A stretch of 64,000 nt of DNA from Hydrolagus colliei (Eukaryota): NCBI GenBank assembly GCA_035084275.1, contig CM068755.1, positions 11,160,001 to 11,224,000 of the forward strand. The letters run 5' to 3'. The notes below the pieces were generated by a model. That model was given only the letters and a program-made list of their open reading frames with translations. It ran no database searches and was not told the origin of the DNA. Position numbers and translations under genes: made by a program. The stretch's first letter is position 1. Each line of letters begins with the position of its first letter. This document shows, one piece after another, positions 11,066 to 23,498 of this stretch.

Positions 11066-13889
11066 ACTTGTAAATATTTATGTGATACAGTATACATTCA
11101 TAAGGCACCATTCATGTCAAGAGGATGCCTCAAAGCATTTATTTCCTTTAAACTATCGAAGATAATAATCATCTGTGTTTGCTCCAGTGTTGTTTAACAT
11201 TTTAATAATCATATCATTATTGTGACAATTCACACTACACTTTGCATTGCATATTTAATATATACCAGTAAAAACCTTATAATGTCAAAGCACCTTCCTT
11301 TTGAAACTCTTGTCACTGGTTCCACGCTTTTATCCTTCTAATGCGCTTAAATAACATGAGCAGACGTTCAGTCAATAATTTTTGCCTGGTTTGAAGCTCC
11401 CTGTTAATTGTGCTTTACTACAGATGTTTGCTCCAGAGTGGGATTCAAACAGTTTTTCGGCTGCCAACTTTGTTCAGGGCTGAAAGGCTGAAAATTACAT
11501 TTTTATCAGCTCAGATGCAGGATGTGAATGCTCCTGAACAGGAGCTAAGTCAGCATGTTATATTTAAGATGATCAAATACAAACAGATAGTTTACTGCGA
11601 TCTGGAGCACAACCTTCTTTGGTTCCAGACTCTGTGCAGATCCATCTTTTGAGATCAATACCTTAAAGGCAAGATAACGATTGTCTTAAAATAAATACTG
11701 TTCAGCAAAAATAGACTATCAGCTGTGGTTCCATACATTCCAGGGTAACTAAGTCTTAGTGAGAATCTGTTTGCCCATCCCTATTGCCCTACTGGCCCAT
11801 CCCATAAAGACATAGTATTGTGACTAACCTGCTTTTTCTACGGAATAGATGCTTATTTATTTTAAACATGCAGTTTGCACTAGAGCACAGCAAGTGCACA
11901 AAATAGTGCAATAGCTTCAGATCAAATATGTCTTGCAATACCAAAATATAGTCCCTAAATTATCTGCAGAGCAAGCATTGTAAATCATTCTTTTTTCTTG
12001 TCATGTTTGCACCTTGTGCATTTGTGAATGATCACATTATTTTTCTTTTACTCGTATTAGTTCACTAGGAGTAAAACCCTGGAATATTGCAGTGCAGATG
12101 TAATAACACAATATAATCTAGCCTTATATGTGTTTTTTTAAAAGTGTAGTTTGACTTCCCATGGTAGAGTGGTCTAAACAAGCTCAAACCTGCTCAATAG
12201 CCTTGATCAGTCCCTTGACAAAGGGAAGGGTGATGAATGAAAAAAGTAGCAGTGCCTGGTCTGGCTGAACAGATTTCACAGCTACATCATCCATCACTGT
12301 GACATCCACAGAAATCCTGCACAAATTTATCTACAGGGCACTAAGCAGCAGGCTGAGGGGAAACACATATATTCTGAAAGCGTATAGATAACTGAAGTAA
12401 AGGCTGTCTTTGTTTTTACTCCAATGTAACCAAAATATTTGCTTTGTAATGTTATGCTGATCTAAACCAGACCTGGAATTACTCATATTTAAAGAATGTC
12501 TATTTTTTTTAAACAAACTGATTTTTTCAAAAAAAATATAATACATTATTGATTTTAGCATTTGATAAAAACATCTGTTTTAAAACGAAGTGCAGTGATG
12601 TATGGGAACCATCTGTTAAATAAGCAAACACAGACTTTCTGATTAAACGCAAGCAGGCTACATTAACAGAAAACAGTTATGGATGACGGTAAATATTTAT
12701 TTATCTATTAAGATAACAATCTGTTTCTGCAAAGAGAAACTATTGCTTGAAATAAATACAGAGCCTTTTGAAAGGCTAGAAATCAAACAATATCTGTTAG
12801 TTGACAAGCTATACGAGAGGCGATCTAAAATTCTGATGGACTGTTCAGTAATTAGTCTAACGAGAGGACATCTTTTTGCTCCTGATCACACTCTGGACGC
12901 GCAGACAATACCAGTCTTGTTCTTGCTTGGCTGACCATATGGAAATGAGGTTTCCCCAGTTCTTTACCGTTGGCTTTCTAATGTTGTCCCGTGAAGCATT
13001 TAATTATGTTCTGTCGTCGGACTGGGGATCAGTCGAACAGACACAATGATAACCTAACTGCTATTGTTGCTATGGGGGCTCTAGTATATAGGCCCAGAGG
13101 TGAGAACCTTTAGGGTTTGGGAAAGGGAAAAATGCTTTGTAGGCATGTCTTCTACCACATTACAATCCCACTCTTAAATCCAAACAAACCCAGATTTATA
13201 AGCAGTTTTGTGTTGCCATATTCACAATGAAACTATTCAGCCCAGCTCTACAGAGGCAAGGCAGGGCAATAAGGTCAGAGGGTTCTGACCCCAAATGGAT
13301 GGATTTGAAATTGGCAAGGCCTTCCTAAATCTCCTGCTTCAGTAAGTTCCTTGATTAACTTAATAAGAAATACACAAGAAATGCTGTGATCTTAGCTGTG
13401 TATCAGATTATCAGTCTCAGCCGTGTTCCATGGAGCCTAAAATCTCGTCAAAAGCACAATGAGAATTAGTTGAGAGAAACGTTTGGGAAGAATGGTCTTG
13501 AGTTTGCTCTTTGACTGTGCATACTGAAAATGAAATTAACATTTTCCAAACAGTCTCTCCAAACTGCTGTTCGACACAATCCCATTGAAAGCACGATTAC
13601 TAAACATAAAGATAAAACATAGACAATGAATAACGTCCACAATGATGTGCAAAAGCACATTCATTCATCAAACACTTCTCTTCTCAAAACAGCTCCTTGA
13701 ATACTGAAGAATAAACTGCTTCTTGAAAAACTAATAATGTTACTTTAGCAACAACAACAACAAATGACATTTGCATAATAGAATAATAACCTCTGCTAAC
13801 ATCAATTAGGAAATAAATGACACTTGTCTCATTTTGGATTTAAGATCTGCTGGATTGCATTCACAATTAAACAATATTTTGGTGCTTTA

Positions 13890-13922
13890 TGTATATATAT
13901 ATATTATATATATATATATATA
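13890..13922. repeat. Imperfect (TA)n microsatellite
   Basis: gtatatatatatattatatatatatatata. Confidence 0.9.
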
Positions 13923-13947
13923 AGCAAGGGAACCATCTGCTAGACTA

Positions 13948-14460
13948 GTACAGTTAGTGGCACTCTCACATCTGGGTCGGACAACAATAACAACAACAAA
14001 ATTACACTCATATAGCGTCTTTCACGTCAGGCGGATGTCCCTAGACGCTGGACAGTCATTGTTTCAGACCCAAGCTGGGGACAGGGAGGATGGAGGGAAA
14101 GGAGGTGCCGGGGGGTGGGGAGGGGGTGGGAATTGGGGTGACTGATGGGACAGTTGAAGAGGAGGGTCTTGATGCGGGACTTGAAGGAGGCCGAGGTGGA
14201 GGGACTGCGGGATGGAGTTCCAGAGGTTGGGTGCAGAGTGGCTAAAGGCTTGCCCGCCAATGGTACGAGTCTCACACACAGACTTTGAGCTCAAAGTGTA
14301 GGTTGACGCTCCATCGCAGTGCTGAGGTAAGATACCAAACTGAGGTCCTGCCTAGTTGTTCAGGTGAATGTTAAAAGATCCCACAACATTATACCAAAGA
14401 GAAGCACATTCCTCTTGGTGTTCTGGCCAGCAAGTCTTCCTATTGGCCATTCACTTTAAC
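13948..14460 (+). mobile_element. Deu-domain SINE split by an L2 insertion
   Basis: Head cagttagtggcactctcacatctgggtcgga (about 13951-13980) resumes after the L2 as gagtctcac...gactttgagctc...gttcaggtgaatgttaaaagatccca...ggtgttctggcca. Confidence 0.65.
13981..14262 (-). mobile_element. L2-clade LINE 3' fragment (type B tail)
   Basis: (caa)n tail, then tagcgtctttcacgtcaggcggatgtccctagacgctgg. Minus translation IGGQAFSHSAPNLWNSIP. Near match to 6460-6720. Confidence 0.9.
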
Positions 14461-15407
14461 AGTTGGTTCTTATGGGTTAAACATAATACAATAATTACAT
14501 TTTACAGAAATATCATTTGAAGCACTTTAACATTATAGGCATGATACCAAATGGAAGCACTATTGGAAGCATTATTCTTATCATTCCTGTAAATTAGCAC
14601 TGTGACAAGAGAATGTTAACGTAACTAAAAAAAACAATATTTTCAGATTAACAAAACACGAAAACCATTAGCTCTTTTGCACAGGGTCAAACCTTCATAT
14701 TTGTTTTAAGCCTATTATTTTTTCATGCCTGAATGTGTATCTCCAATTTAGAGGAACCTCCACTCATTAAAGAGTTATTTTTTTAAATAAACAATAAGGT
14801 GAAAATTGAAAACCATGATATAATTGAGTGTAGATTGGAAACAGATCCATATACCAGTGCTTTGCAGTGATGGCATTTTGAAGATTGCCTGCTGGAGTTT
14901 TTAAACTTCAGTTTTTCATTAACTTTAATGTTCCATGTGATTATTCTACACATGGTACAATGAATCGTGCAATATTTCTCCCAGTGGACATTGGACATGG
15001 GCAGCACAGTTTCCGAAACAAAGTTTTAGCCGAGTGTGAGTAAACAGCTGAACTACATTGTTTTGACATGAATTTAGGTTCAGTCTTTAAACATCAATTG
15101 AAAATGTAAATAAGTAAATTTACTGGTCTCAACGTAAGGATCTTTAAATTGCAGAAAAATGGCACTTTGTTTTGTGAGCATTTCTTCTAACCTGGGCATG
15201 CTTATCGGTTCTGAATTAATTGGAATAAATAATGTGCTATTCACCAGACAGGTAAACTTTGTATAGGAACAAAGGACCAGCAAGGATCACTGTAATCCAT
15301 CTGGCTGCCCCACAGGAAAACTTCATCTCGCATACCCCTTAATCAATTGCTATTCCAAAATAACGATCCAATTCCCTCCCGAATGTGCAGACACAATCTG
15401 TCTCCAA

Positions 15408-16075
15408 AGTCTGGCTCAGTTGGTAGCATTCTTGTGGGAACGTCGTGGATTCAAGCTCTACCTCGGGACTTTGAACTCATGAAGTCTGGGCTGACACATC
15501 AATATAGTCCTGGGGGAGTGCTGCATTGATGGAGGTGACAGTCTCTGAGTTGTGAAAACAAGGTCCAGTCTGCCTATTTAGGTAATTATTGATAGTGTGG
15601 CATTGTTCAAACAGAAAAGGTAAGTTCTCCTGCTGTCCTAACTAACAATTCCCTGGATAATACTAATAAAAATCCTTGCATTTGATATAGCGCTTTTCAT
15701 GTCTTCTAGACGTCTCAAAGCACTTCACAGAGTATACTGTAAAATGAATTCACTGTATGTTTTGTGGGCGAAACGCAGCAACGAATTGCATACAACAGTG
15801 CCCCACAAACAGTCGCAGATTGAAATAACCAATTTTTTTTCAAGGGATTATTATCAGGCGTGTGGAGTAAGGAAACGTGCCCAAGGTTTCTCCCTGCCTG
15901 GAATTGAACCCAGGATAAAATAGGTCATTCATTTCATAGTTCTTTATAGGACATTGTTATATGTGCAAATTGGCTACTATATTCATCTACAAAATACACA
16001 CTCATAATTCTTATGAAGCGCTTTGTGGCATCCTCCCAATGTGAAAGGAGCTGTATTAAATGGAAGGACTATCAT
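15408..16075 (+). mobile_element. Deu-domain SINE, near full length, interrupted by a minus-strand Ala-SINE
   Basis: A box TGGCTCAGTTGG and B-box-like GGATTCAAGC. Deu-like gggagtgctgcattgatggaggtg...gttctcctgctgtcct. The 3' part resumes near 15920 and ends gaagcgctttgtggcatcctcccaatgtgaaaggagct. Confidence 0.75.
15660..15913 (-). mobile_element. tRNA-Ala-type SINE, 5'-truncated at the B box
   Basis: Reverse complement of the 2921/28414 family. ggaattgaacc is the B box on the minus strand. Type A tail at 15668-15730. Confidence 0.88.
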
Positions 16076-16524
16076 TCGTCCATTAATATATTCACTGCTC
16101 TCTGTGTAAAGTAGTTAAATTGTTACTGTTTCTTTACTGTCCCTTCTCTGAATTGGAGTGCATGGCTCTTTGGCATTTGTAATTTGCATTAAAGTGTGCC
16201 TGCAGAGTCGATATGCAAACTTAATTTCACCAGCACACCAAGTTGGATCTCTATCGTCTAAATTCAGGTGGTATGAATCAATTTGATTTCTGTTCATTAA
16301 ACAATGTTTTAATGAAATGCCAAAAAACATTAAGAGTCTCTTTAATACCACTATAGACCGATGTTGGTTCAGTGGAGCTGTGTGCGTCTGCTTTATTATC
16401 CATCAAGAACACTTGGGGGTGGGAAATATATCAGGTGTCTTGCTTCAAATAGCTCTAACCGTCCAAATGTATTTCGTCAAATACAAATATTATTGCTGGT
16501 GTTTCTACTTGAACATAGTTTCAA

Positions 16525-16755
16525 CCACAAAATATACAGTCAATTCACTTCACAGTATATTCTGTGAAGTGCTTTGAGACATCTAGAAGACACGACAAGA
16601 CGCTAAATCAAATGCAAGCATTATTATAATTATTATAGTATATTATATTATTTATAGTATACTATTTACAATATATTCTGTGAAGCGCTTTGGGACGTCG
16701 ATAAGATGTGAAAAGCACTATATCAAATGCAAGGGTTATATTATTATTATATTAT
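16525..16755 (+). mobile_element. Two tandem SINE 3' tails (type A)
   Basis: tctgtgaagtgctttgagacatctagaagacacg...aaatgcaag(att)n, an AT spacer, then tctgtgaagcgctttgggacgtcgataagatgtgaaaagcactatatcaaatgcaagg. Confidence 0.8.
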
Positions 16756-17849
16756 AGTTCTGTTCGGAGTCTGTCTTCAGATGATATTTATAGGCTACTG
16801 CTTTCCACTAGTCACATTTCTGGAGCAATATAGCACCCATCCTATAAGGATTCACTACTGCGCTGCTGCTCTTTGCAGTTATTTGCTGATTGTAATGGAT
16901 AAGCACTGGTCTTGATGATATCATACCTTGGCAATCTTACCATGATATTTCAAGCTCATCAAGCCATGAATTCTGGGTGTTAATTCCAGCAACATTTTTA
17001 GACTTTCTGATCCATTAAGCTGGTCTGGAAATGCACTTTCCTGTGTAATTTACTGTTTCAAGAAATTGTTGTAGTTCTGTTTTTTGTGCCAGTCATGTCC
17101 AGGTTAATTAACTTTCTTGTGACCCATGGCACTGCCTCCTACGAAAGTAAATTAACTCATGCTGTCTTGCTAGCACTTGCTTGATTCTAACACCATGTTC
17201 CTACTAAGTGACCTCCCAAAAAGCAATTTTGTCCGATCTTGCGTCACAATCTTTTACACGCAATAAATAAATGACATACTGTTTAGCAGCATTGCAAATC
17301 CAAATATAACAATGAAATAGCAAGACATTCCAAAGGATGCACTGACGATATATACAGGAACGAACTTGTGTCACTGACATTCAGTTGCCAAAATTCCATG
17401 GGCATGCAACTATTTTGGAAGAAAATTATTTTAGCTCCAGGAAAACTATCCTGATGTTTATTTTTTTGTGTCTGTAATTTGTAATATATAACCTATCCTT
17501 GTAGCTCAACAACAACAAACAAAAAATTGCATTTGCATAGCGCCTTTCAGAACGATGCCCTTCAAGATTGTATATGGGATCAATTTATGCTCAATCATGA
17601 GCCTGCTAACCCATTTATGATGAGATCATCAACTTTTGGCAATGACAACAAAATAAACTCCCATCTCTTTTCAAATAGTGCCATGGGATCTTTAGCATCC
17701 ACCTGAATAAGCAAGTAATTATTACTCTAATTATCTTATTAAGGCCAGTGCTTTCCTTCTGCGAAACTGCTGTATCAACAATATTTGTATATCAGCAGAC
17801 CAACCTTCCTGGAAATATCCTACGCTAAATAAAAACCTTCCCCGTCAAA

Positions 17850-18180
17850 CTGACAGGGAACACCCCAGGTTAGATCGCTGGTCTGTGCTGAGTTAGCTTA
17901 TCCCAGCTGTCTGGCAGGAGAGGTAGTGCAAATGAACCTCAATGCCCTGTGATAGGGGAAAGAAAACTAGCCTGGATTTGAGTCCAAATTGCTATCCTGG
18001 ATAGGGTAAGGCTCTCTTGCAATTCCCCCTGCAGTTGAATAGCCTCCTGACACTCACTGTCAAGCTGCAGACCTGAATAATGGAGGCTGGCGCCTGTGGA
18101 ATCATACCAGTTAAAGTGAACAAGGAATCTAATCCTTTCACAAGGAGGAGGGAGTGAGGAGCAAATTAGCGAGGAGAATT
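17850..18180 (+). mobile_element. Old tRNA-headed SINE-like element (third family)
   Basis: ccaggttagatcgctggtctgtgctgagttagc resembles 56608-56638, and cctcaatgccctgtgataggggaaagaaaactagcc resembles 1188-1224. Degenerate B-box-like start. Confidence 0.5.
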
Positions 18181-18212
18181 AACAAAAAAAACACCCCGAG
18201 GAACAGAACAAT

Positions 18213-18312
18213 CATAATCCTAACATTTGATCGAGCACTTTTTACGTCTTCTAGACGTCTCGAAGCGCTTCACAAAATATACTGTAAAGTGAATTGACTG
18301 TATATTTGTGGA
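18213..18312 (-). mobile_element. Solo SINE 3' tail (type A)
   Basis: ttacgtcttctagacgtctcgaagcgcttcacaaaatatactgtaaagtgaattgactgtatatttgtgg. Confidence 0.8.
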
Positions 18313-19654
18313 AACATGAGAAAATATTTGTAAAATCCTGACACACACTTTGCTGTGGGAGAAAAAAGGAAAATACTGAGGTTCTCAACACATCAACATT
18401 GAATGATGTCTTGTAAGCAATTCGAGCAAACAGAGTAGAATACATCATGAGATAAAGCTAGTTATTCGTAACACCGTGCATCAAGCCCTGCGTAATTCTG
18501 TAGAATTAGAAATAAAATCATCTATCCCTGTGAAACATTGACAGCTTTTTGCAGCTCGTTATTAAAAATATCCCCTGTTTCCCCTCAAGCAACAACGGCT
18601 CACAGGAATTGGGAAGAGAAAGCTGCCGTGAAGCCCCCCCCTCTTGTATTCCCCTGGAGAGTTGGGTTTGCTTCCAGCCTAGAGAAAGTGTACGTCACAA
18701 GGCTATCCTAAGATGGGGGAAGGGAGAAGAACAGGGAGATAATGATGGTAAAGATGATTTTTAAAATGTCTCCATAAATGGTCGATTTCGTTTAGATTTG
18801 AGGTGCAGCAGGGCCAGTATCTGAGGTTCCTGCACAGCTCCTTGTCCACCCCCACACACACTGACATGCAGACACATATACTGTGGATTCCAGTTTCCTT
18901 TCTTTCTCTCTCTCTCTCTCTCCCAGACAGCAATTAAGGAGCACAATTGAAGTGAGGTCATGCAGGCTCAGTTCTCTGTGAGTTTGTTTTAATGAATTTA
19001 AGGTATGTACTGAAAAAAACACCCACTGAATTGAATTTGCTATAATGATCATCCTTAATGGAAAGACACTCTGAGGTCAAATGATGTTATGTTTAACCCT
19101 TCAATAACCACTGTAAAATTTCTGCAACCAAAGCAAACAATAGGGGGAGAGAGAGAGAGAGATCCTTGGTTTTTCCATATTCTGAGATTCAACACTTTTT
19201 TGAATTGTTCTGTACATATTCTATTGAACGCTTGACAATCATTTTGGGGAGGTTGACCGATTGAAAAGATATTGAATAAAAGTTGAATACATATTGCAGC
19301 AGTGGACGCAGAATAATAACGAAACCATCATTCATTCAAAAGAAAATTCTTGGTAAACTAAAACTTTAAAGTGATTGGGATCAAAGAGCTATTTCTGATC
19401 TTAATCTTATAGTTTTAAAAATAAAAATAACAGTCCTTGTAAATGATAATAATCCTTATGATGATAATAATCTTTATAATAATAATAATAATTCTCACAT
19501 TTGATAATAATGTCTTATCATATCATCAAAGATGTTTTAAATTGTTTCATAAGATTTACTGTGGAGTGTAGTGACTGCATTTGTAGGAAAACGAGACAGG
19601 CCATTTGCGTACAGGCCACCGACAGACTTTGAAGTGATTTTTTAACTGCAGGTT

Positions 19655-19719
19655 AAGCGTTCTGAGGCTCCATCCGGCATGCAGGGCGCTATATAAATCA
19701 AAGTTTTTGTTGTTTGTTG
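19655..19719 (+). mobile_element. Solo L2 3' tail (type C)
   Basis: aagcgttctgaggctccatccggcatgcagggcgctatataaatcaaag(ttg)n. Confidence 0.8.
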
Positions 19720-21317
19720 GTCAGGAAGTATTGTACACCAAAAAAGTATTGTACATGCAAAATTTTGCTGGGATGTAAGAGAGATATTTGTTTCAATTTA
19801 GAACAACCACTGATGCCAAATTGAAGGCATGACCCCATGAGTACTAAATTCAGATCACTCATTCAGGAAGCAGCATCAAAAAAAAATTCAGCTGCTGTAC
19901 AGCTCATGTCTATCAAATAGGCAGCACTGTTGGCTAGGTGACATGATCAAGTTATGTGAATGCAAGAAAGGCCTCATTCCCTGCACGAAGCAAACTAAAA
20001 TGTAATATCTTATTCTGCCATTTGTTACAATGGCAATTGATAATCCAAATAACTATAAGATAAATAGAAGCCGAGAGTAACATTTCTGACAGTTTCCAGA
20101 TGAAATAGTATTTTCCAGAAATACTTCCTTTGAGTATATGCTGTCTTTCATTCACCAATTACTCATAAAAATCTGAACTTACTGGGAAGGGTGGGGAAGA
20201 AACAAGACGAGAATGGTTCTAACTTTTATGGGAGTCACAGATGGCCAATTTTGCTATCGCTTGGTGCACGGGCAGGGAATTGGGGACTAGAGATGATGGG
20301 TTATTCTGGAATAAAACCCAAGAAAAATAAATTTAAAGGAAATGAATTTTCAAGTCAGTTAAATGAAGGGAGAGTTTCTGTAACTGAGCCCTTCCCCACG
20401 GATTCCCCACCTCCCTAACTGCACATGAGAATGGAAAGTGCTTGCACGAGTGACTTTAGCTGTAAATGAGGGGAGTCTGAGCCATAGGCTGACTGACAGC
20501 AACAGGATATGTGCTTAGTCACTTGTGGCAGAGGAGAAGATCTGGGCCAGTTAGGAGGTATACGGAAGCACAGATGCATGGCAAGCAACTATCATTCAGA
20601 CATGTGACACACAGTTGAGTGTTCACAAGGCAAAGAACAGAATGAGACAATAGAATTTCACACGAAAAAAAAATGGTAAATCTATCATTAAAAACTCAAT
20701 ACAGAATACTGAACTGCCTGATTTAAAACAGACTCTATTTGTCAACAAAATTGCTGAGGGTTACATCCTTTTGCAACTCTTCGTAAATTGATTTTGAAAT
20801 TTATAATAAATCTTACAATAAATAATACTTGATTTTGGTGTAGCGACTTATATTGAAATGTCTGAAAGCGCTTCACAGAATTTGTTTTCTGTGAGCTGCA
20901 GTGAATATATTTGTTGGTGAATGTGGCAGACAAATTGTGCTTAATTCATAATTCTAGCTTCTATCATCTCTGCAGTATTTTTCAATGCATTTAGTGAACC
21001 ACTTTTCATCTTTCCTGGCATGGTGAGGCATAACAAGCTTTTATTTAATTTGCTGGACGTCTGAAAAATTAATTCCATTGAGGGTCTTTTATAATTGATG
21101 GGATTTAAGCAGTCACATTTAGAGAGGGACAAAAATGTGTTTGCGAAGTAATGAAGCTTAGGAGGTGGTGAATAAATTATGGTTTGGCTAAGTAATAGAA
21201 CGAGACAAATAAAAATAAAATAATTTGTCGTGGCAATTTTAGATCATCAGGTTGAGAGCTTCGAGAGAATTAGAAAAGTGGTACAAGAAAAATTACTGAA
21301 ATGAGTACCTGAATGAC

Positions 21318-21552
21318 ACAATACAATGCGAAATTACAATTGTATAGCGTCTTTCAGGTTGGAAAGATGTCCCAAAGTACTAGACAGTCAGGGTTTGGGA
21401 CCCGAGCAGGGGATGGTTTGGATCATTGAGGGTGAAGGACAAGGTGGGTGGCCGAAGGTGTGGTCGAAGAGGAGAGTATCGAGATGTGCCTTGAAGGAGG
21501 CAAGGGAGGCAGCGAGCCGAATGGAATGTAGGATGGAGGAATGGCTGCCAAA
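21318..21552 (-). mobile_element. L2-clade LINE 3' fragment (type B tail)
   Basis: tatagcgtctttcaggttggaaagatgtcccaaagtactagacagtcaggg...ggtcgaagaggagagtatcgagatgtgccttgaaggaggcaagg is antisense to the 9660-9850 copy. Confidence 0.85.
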
Positions 21553-21599
21553 GCATAGGGGCTTCTGTATAATGAGTCATTAATGCTTTGAGCTTTATT

Positions 21600-21783
21600 G
21601 TCCCTCGGATGGGATGTAAAACTGAGGACACGTCTTTTCAGGTGGAAATTAAATATCCCTCTGTCTATTCCAAAAAAGGAAGGATTTTCCCCCAGTGTCA
21701 TGGCCAACAATATCCCGCCATTGTCAAGTACTCTGGGACTCTATCCTGTGAGTGGCGCTATATAAATGCAAGTTGTTGTTGTT
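21600..21783 (+). mobile_element. Deu-domain SINE fragment plus (TTG)n tail
   Basis: tcggatgggatgtaaaactgagg...tcaggtggaaattaaatatccc...cccagtgtcatggccaaca, followed by ggcgctatataaatgcaag(ttg)n. Confidence 0.65.
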
Positions 21784-21789
21784 AATGTG

Positions 21790-22545
21790 CATGTTGAGGG
21801 TCTTGAGTTGGGCCTTGAATGAGGTAAGGGAGAATGGTGAAGGGATTGTGTGATGGAGTTCCAAAGCACAATACCATTAATCCTTGCATTTGATATAGCT
21901 CCTATCACGTCTTCTAGACATCTCAAAGCGCTTCACAGAATATACTGAAACATGAATTGACTGTTAATATGTGGGCAAAATGCAGCAGCCAATTGCATAG
22001 CAGCTCCCACAAACAGTTGTGGATTGAAATGACCAATTTATTATCATTTTTTTGGGGGGGGGGATTATTATTGTGGAGTAAGGAAACTTGCCCAAGGTTT
22101 CGCCCTGCCTGGAATCAAACCCAGGTATCTCGCTTGCAAGGCGAGTGGTGTAACCACTGAATTACACGACTCCACAGAGGCAGAGAAGCTGAAAGACCGG
22201 CCACTGATGGGAGGGTGAGAGACATGGAGCAGGCTGGAGCCTGCTGAACAGAGGGAGTGGAGAGGTTGATAGAGAGGTAAGAGGGAACAAGGCTGTGGAG
22301 AGCCCTGAAAGTGATGACGCGGATCTTGAATTCTATCCTCTGAGAGATGGGGAGCCAGTGGAGCCAAGCGAGGGTGGAGGTGATGGGGTCACGGAGCTTA
22401 GTGTGGAAGAGGATACGAGCTGCAGAGTTTTGGATGATCTGCAGCTTGTAGAGGGAAGAGTTGGGGAGGCCAACCAGATGGGAGCTTCCGTAGTTGAGCC
22501 TTGAGATGACAAATATGTGTATGAGGGTTTCGGGGGCCTGGGGAG
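21790..22545 (-). mobile_element. L2-clade LINE ORF2 3' region, interrupted by a SINE at 21875-22160
   Basis: Minus strand encodes LHWLPISQRIEFKI-like and ISGRSFSFSA motifs. The remainder (..WNS.., ttcaaggcccaactcaagaccctc) lies at 21790-21870. Confidence 0.85.
21875..22160 (-). mobile_element. tRNA-Ala(UGC)-derived SINE, near full length
   Basis: Minus strand: TCAGTGGTTA (part of A box), anticodon arm CTCGC-CTTGCAA-GCGAG (22129-22145), B box GGTTTGATTCC (22111-22121), family body and type A tail. Confidence 0.9.
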
Positions 22546-22893
22546 TGAGCTAATATTATAAGTGACCTTAAAGATTTTTTTAAAACGTCAAACAGAAATG
22601 GTATAACACTAAATAATTTTGTATCCTGTAATATTCTGTACAATGTATTCCATAACTCTGCCTTGCAGGTATACCCGATGTTTAATTTGCTGTATATGAT
22701 AGATATATGAATGTCACATCATTTATTTATGAACGTTTCATAGTTTGCTGCTTTTAGTCAATTTCATTTTTGTATTTGCTAGACTTTATCTACAACACAA
22801 TGTTTGCGATTAATAATACAATCTGAGAATAGGCATCACAGAGAACAACCAACCTACATCGAAGGTTAAAATTGTTGTGATAGTCTCACAAAC

Positions 22894-23140
22894 ACTACTT
22901 GCAAATAATTTTAGCAACATATGCAGAGGCCTTTGTTGAGTAAGCTATAGTACAAAATGGTACTGTGCCATCTTAAATTCATGGGGTGTGTTGCATTGGA
23001 AGTGTTGTAGATTAGTAAAACACCTTGTGTTTCACAAGCATGTAATCAATGAGAAGAGCTGGAGTGGGTAAATCATCAGTGATTTTTTCAATCTCTCCTG
23101 AAAAATAAAAGGAAACACACATGCTAAATCACCATTAAAT
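22894..23140 (+). repeat. 247-bp direct duplication, copy 1
   Basis: Identical to 23499-23745 except for 4 transitions counted by eye. Confidence 0.95.
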
Positions 23141-23498
23141 CTTTTTTCACAGAGTTTTGAAAATTTCGGTAAAGTTGAAATCAATTTTCATTCAATGCGT
23201 TTTACTCCACGCAGATTACCTTTTCACCTCTTATTTTTCAGCTGTAATTGTAATTCTTTAACAACTCATAAACCAATCTTTCTTTTCAACAAATTGTACA
23301 TGTCAGGAATTAACTTTTCTATTGATACTAGTTCATCTGCACATTGGTACACAGGGTAAATTGGATTTCAGACACTTGCTGATTAATATGTATGTATACT
23401 ACATTATTATCACCCGAGCACAGCGTTAAACCTCTGACAGACACTTGATTGGAGAAGCACAGCAACAACAGTCTGTGACGCTAAGTAAACTGATACAT

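Noticed and set aside
22095-22165. Functional tRNA-Ala gene
   Set aside because: The 5' acceptor/D-arm part is truncated, the B box is mutated, and it runs directly into SINE body with no acceptor-stem closure or poly-T terminator.
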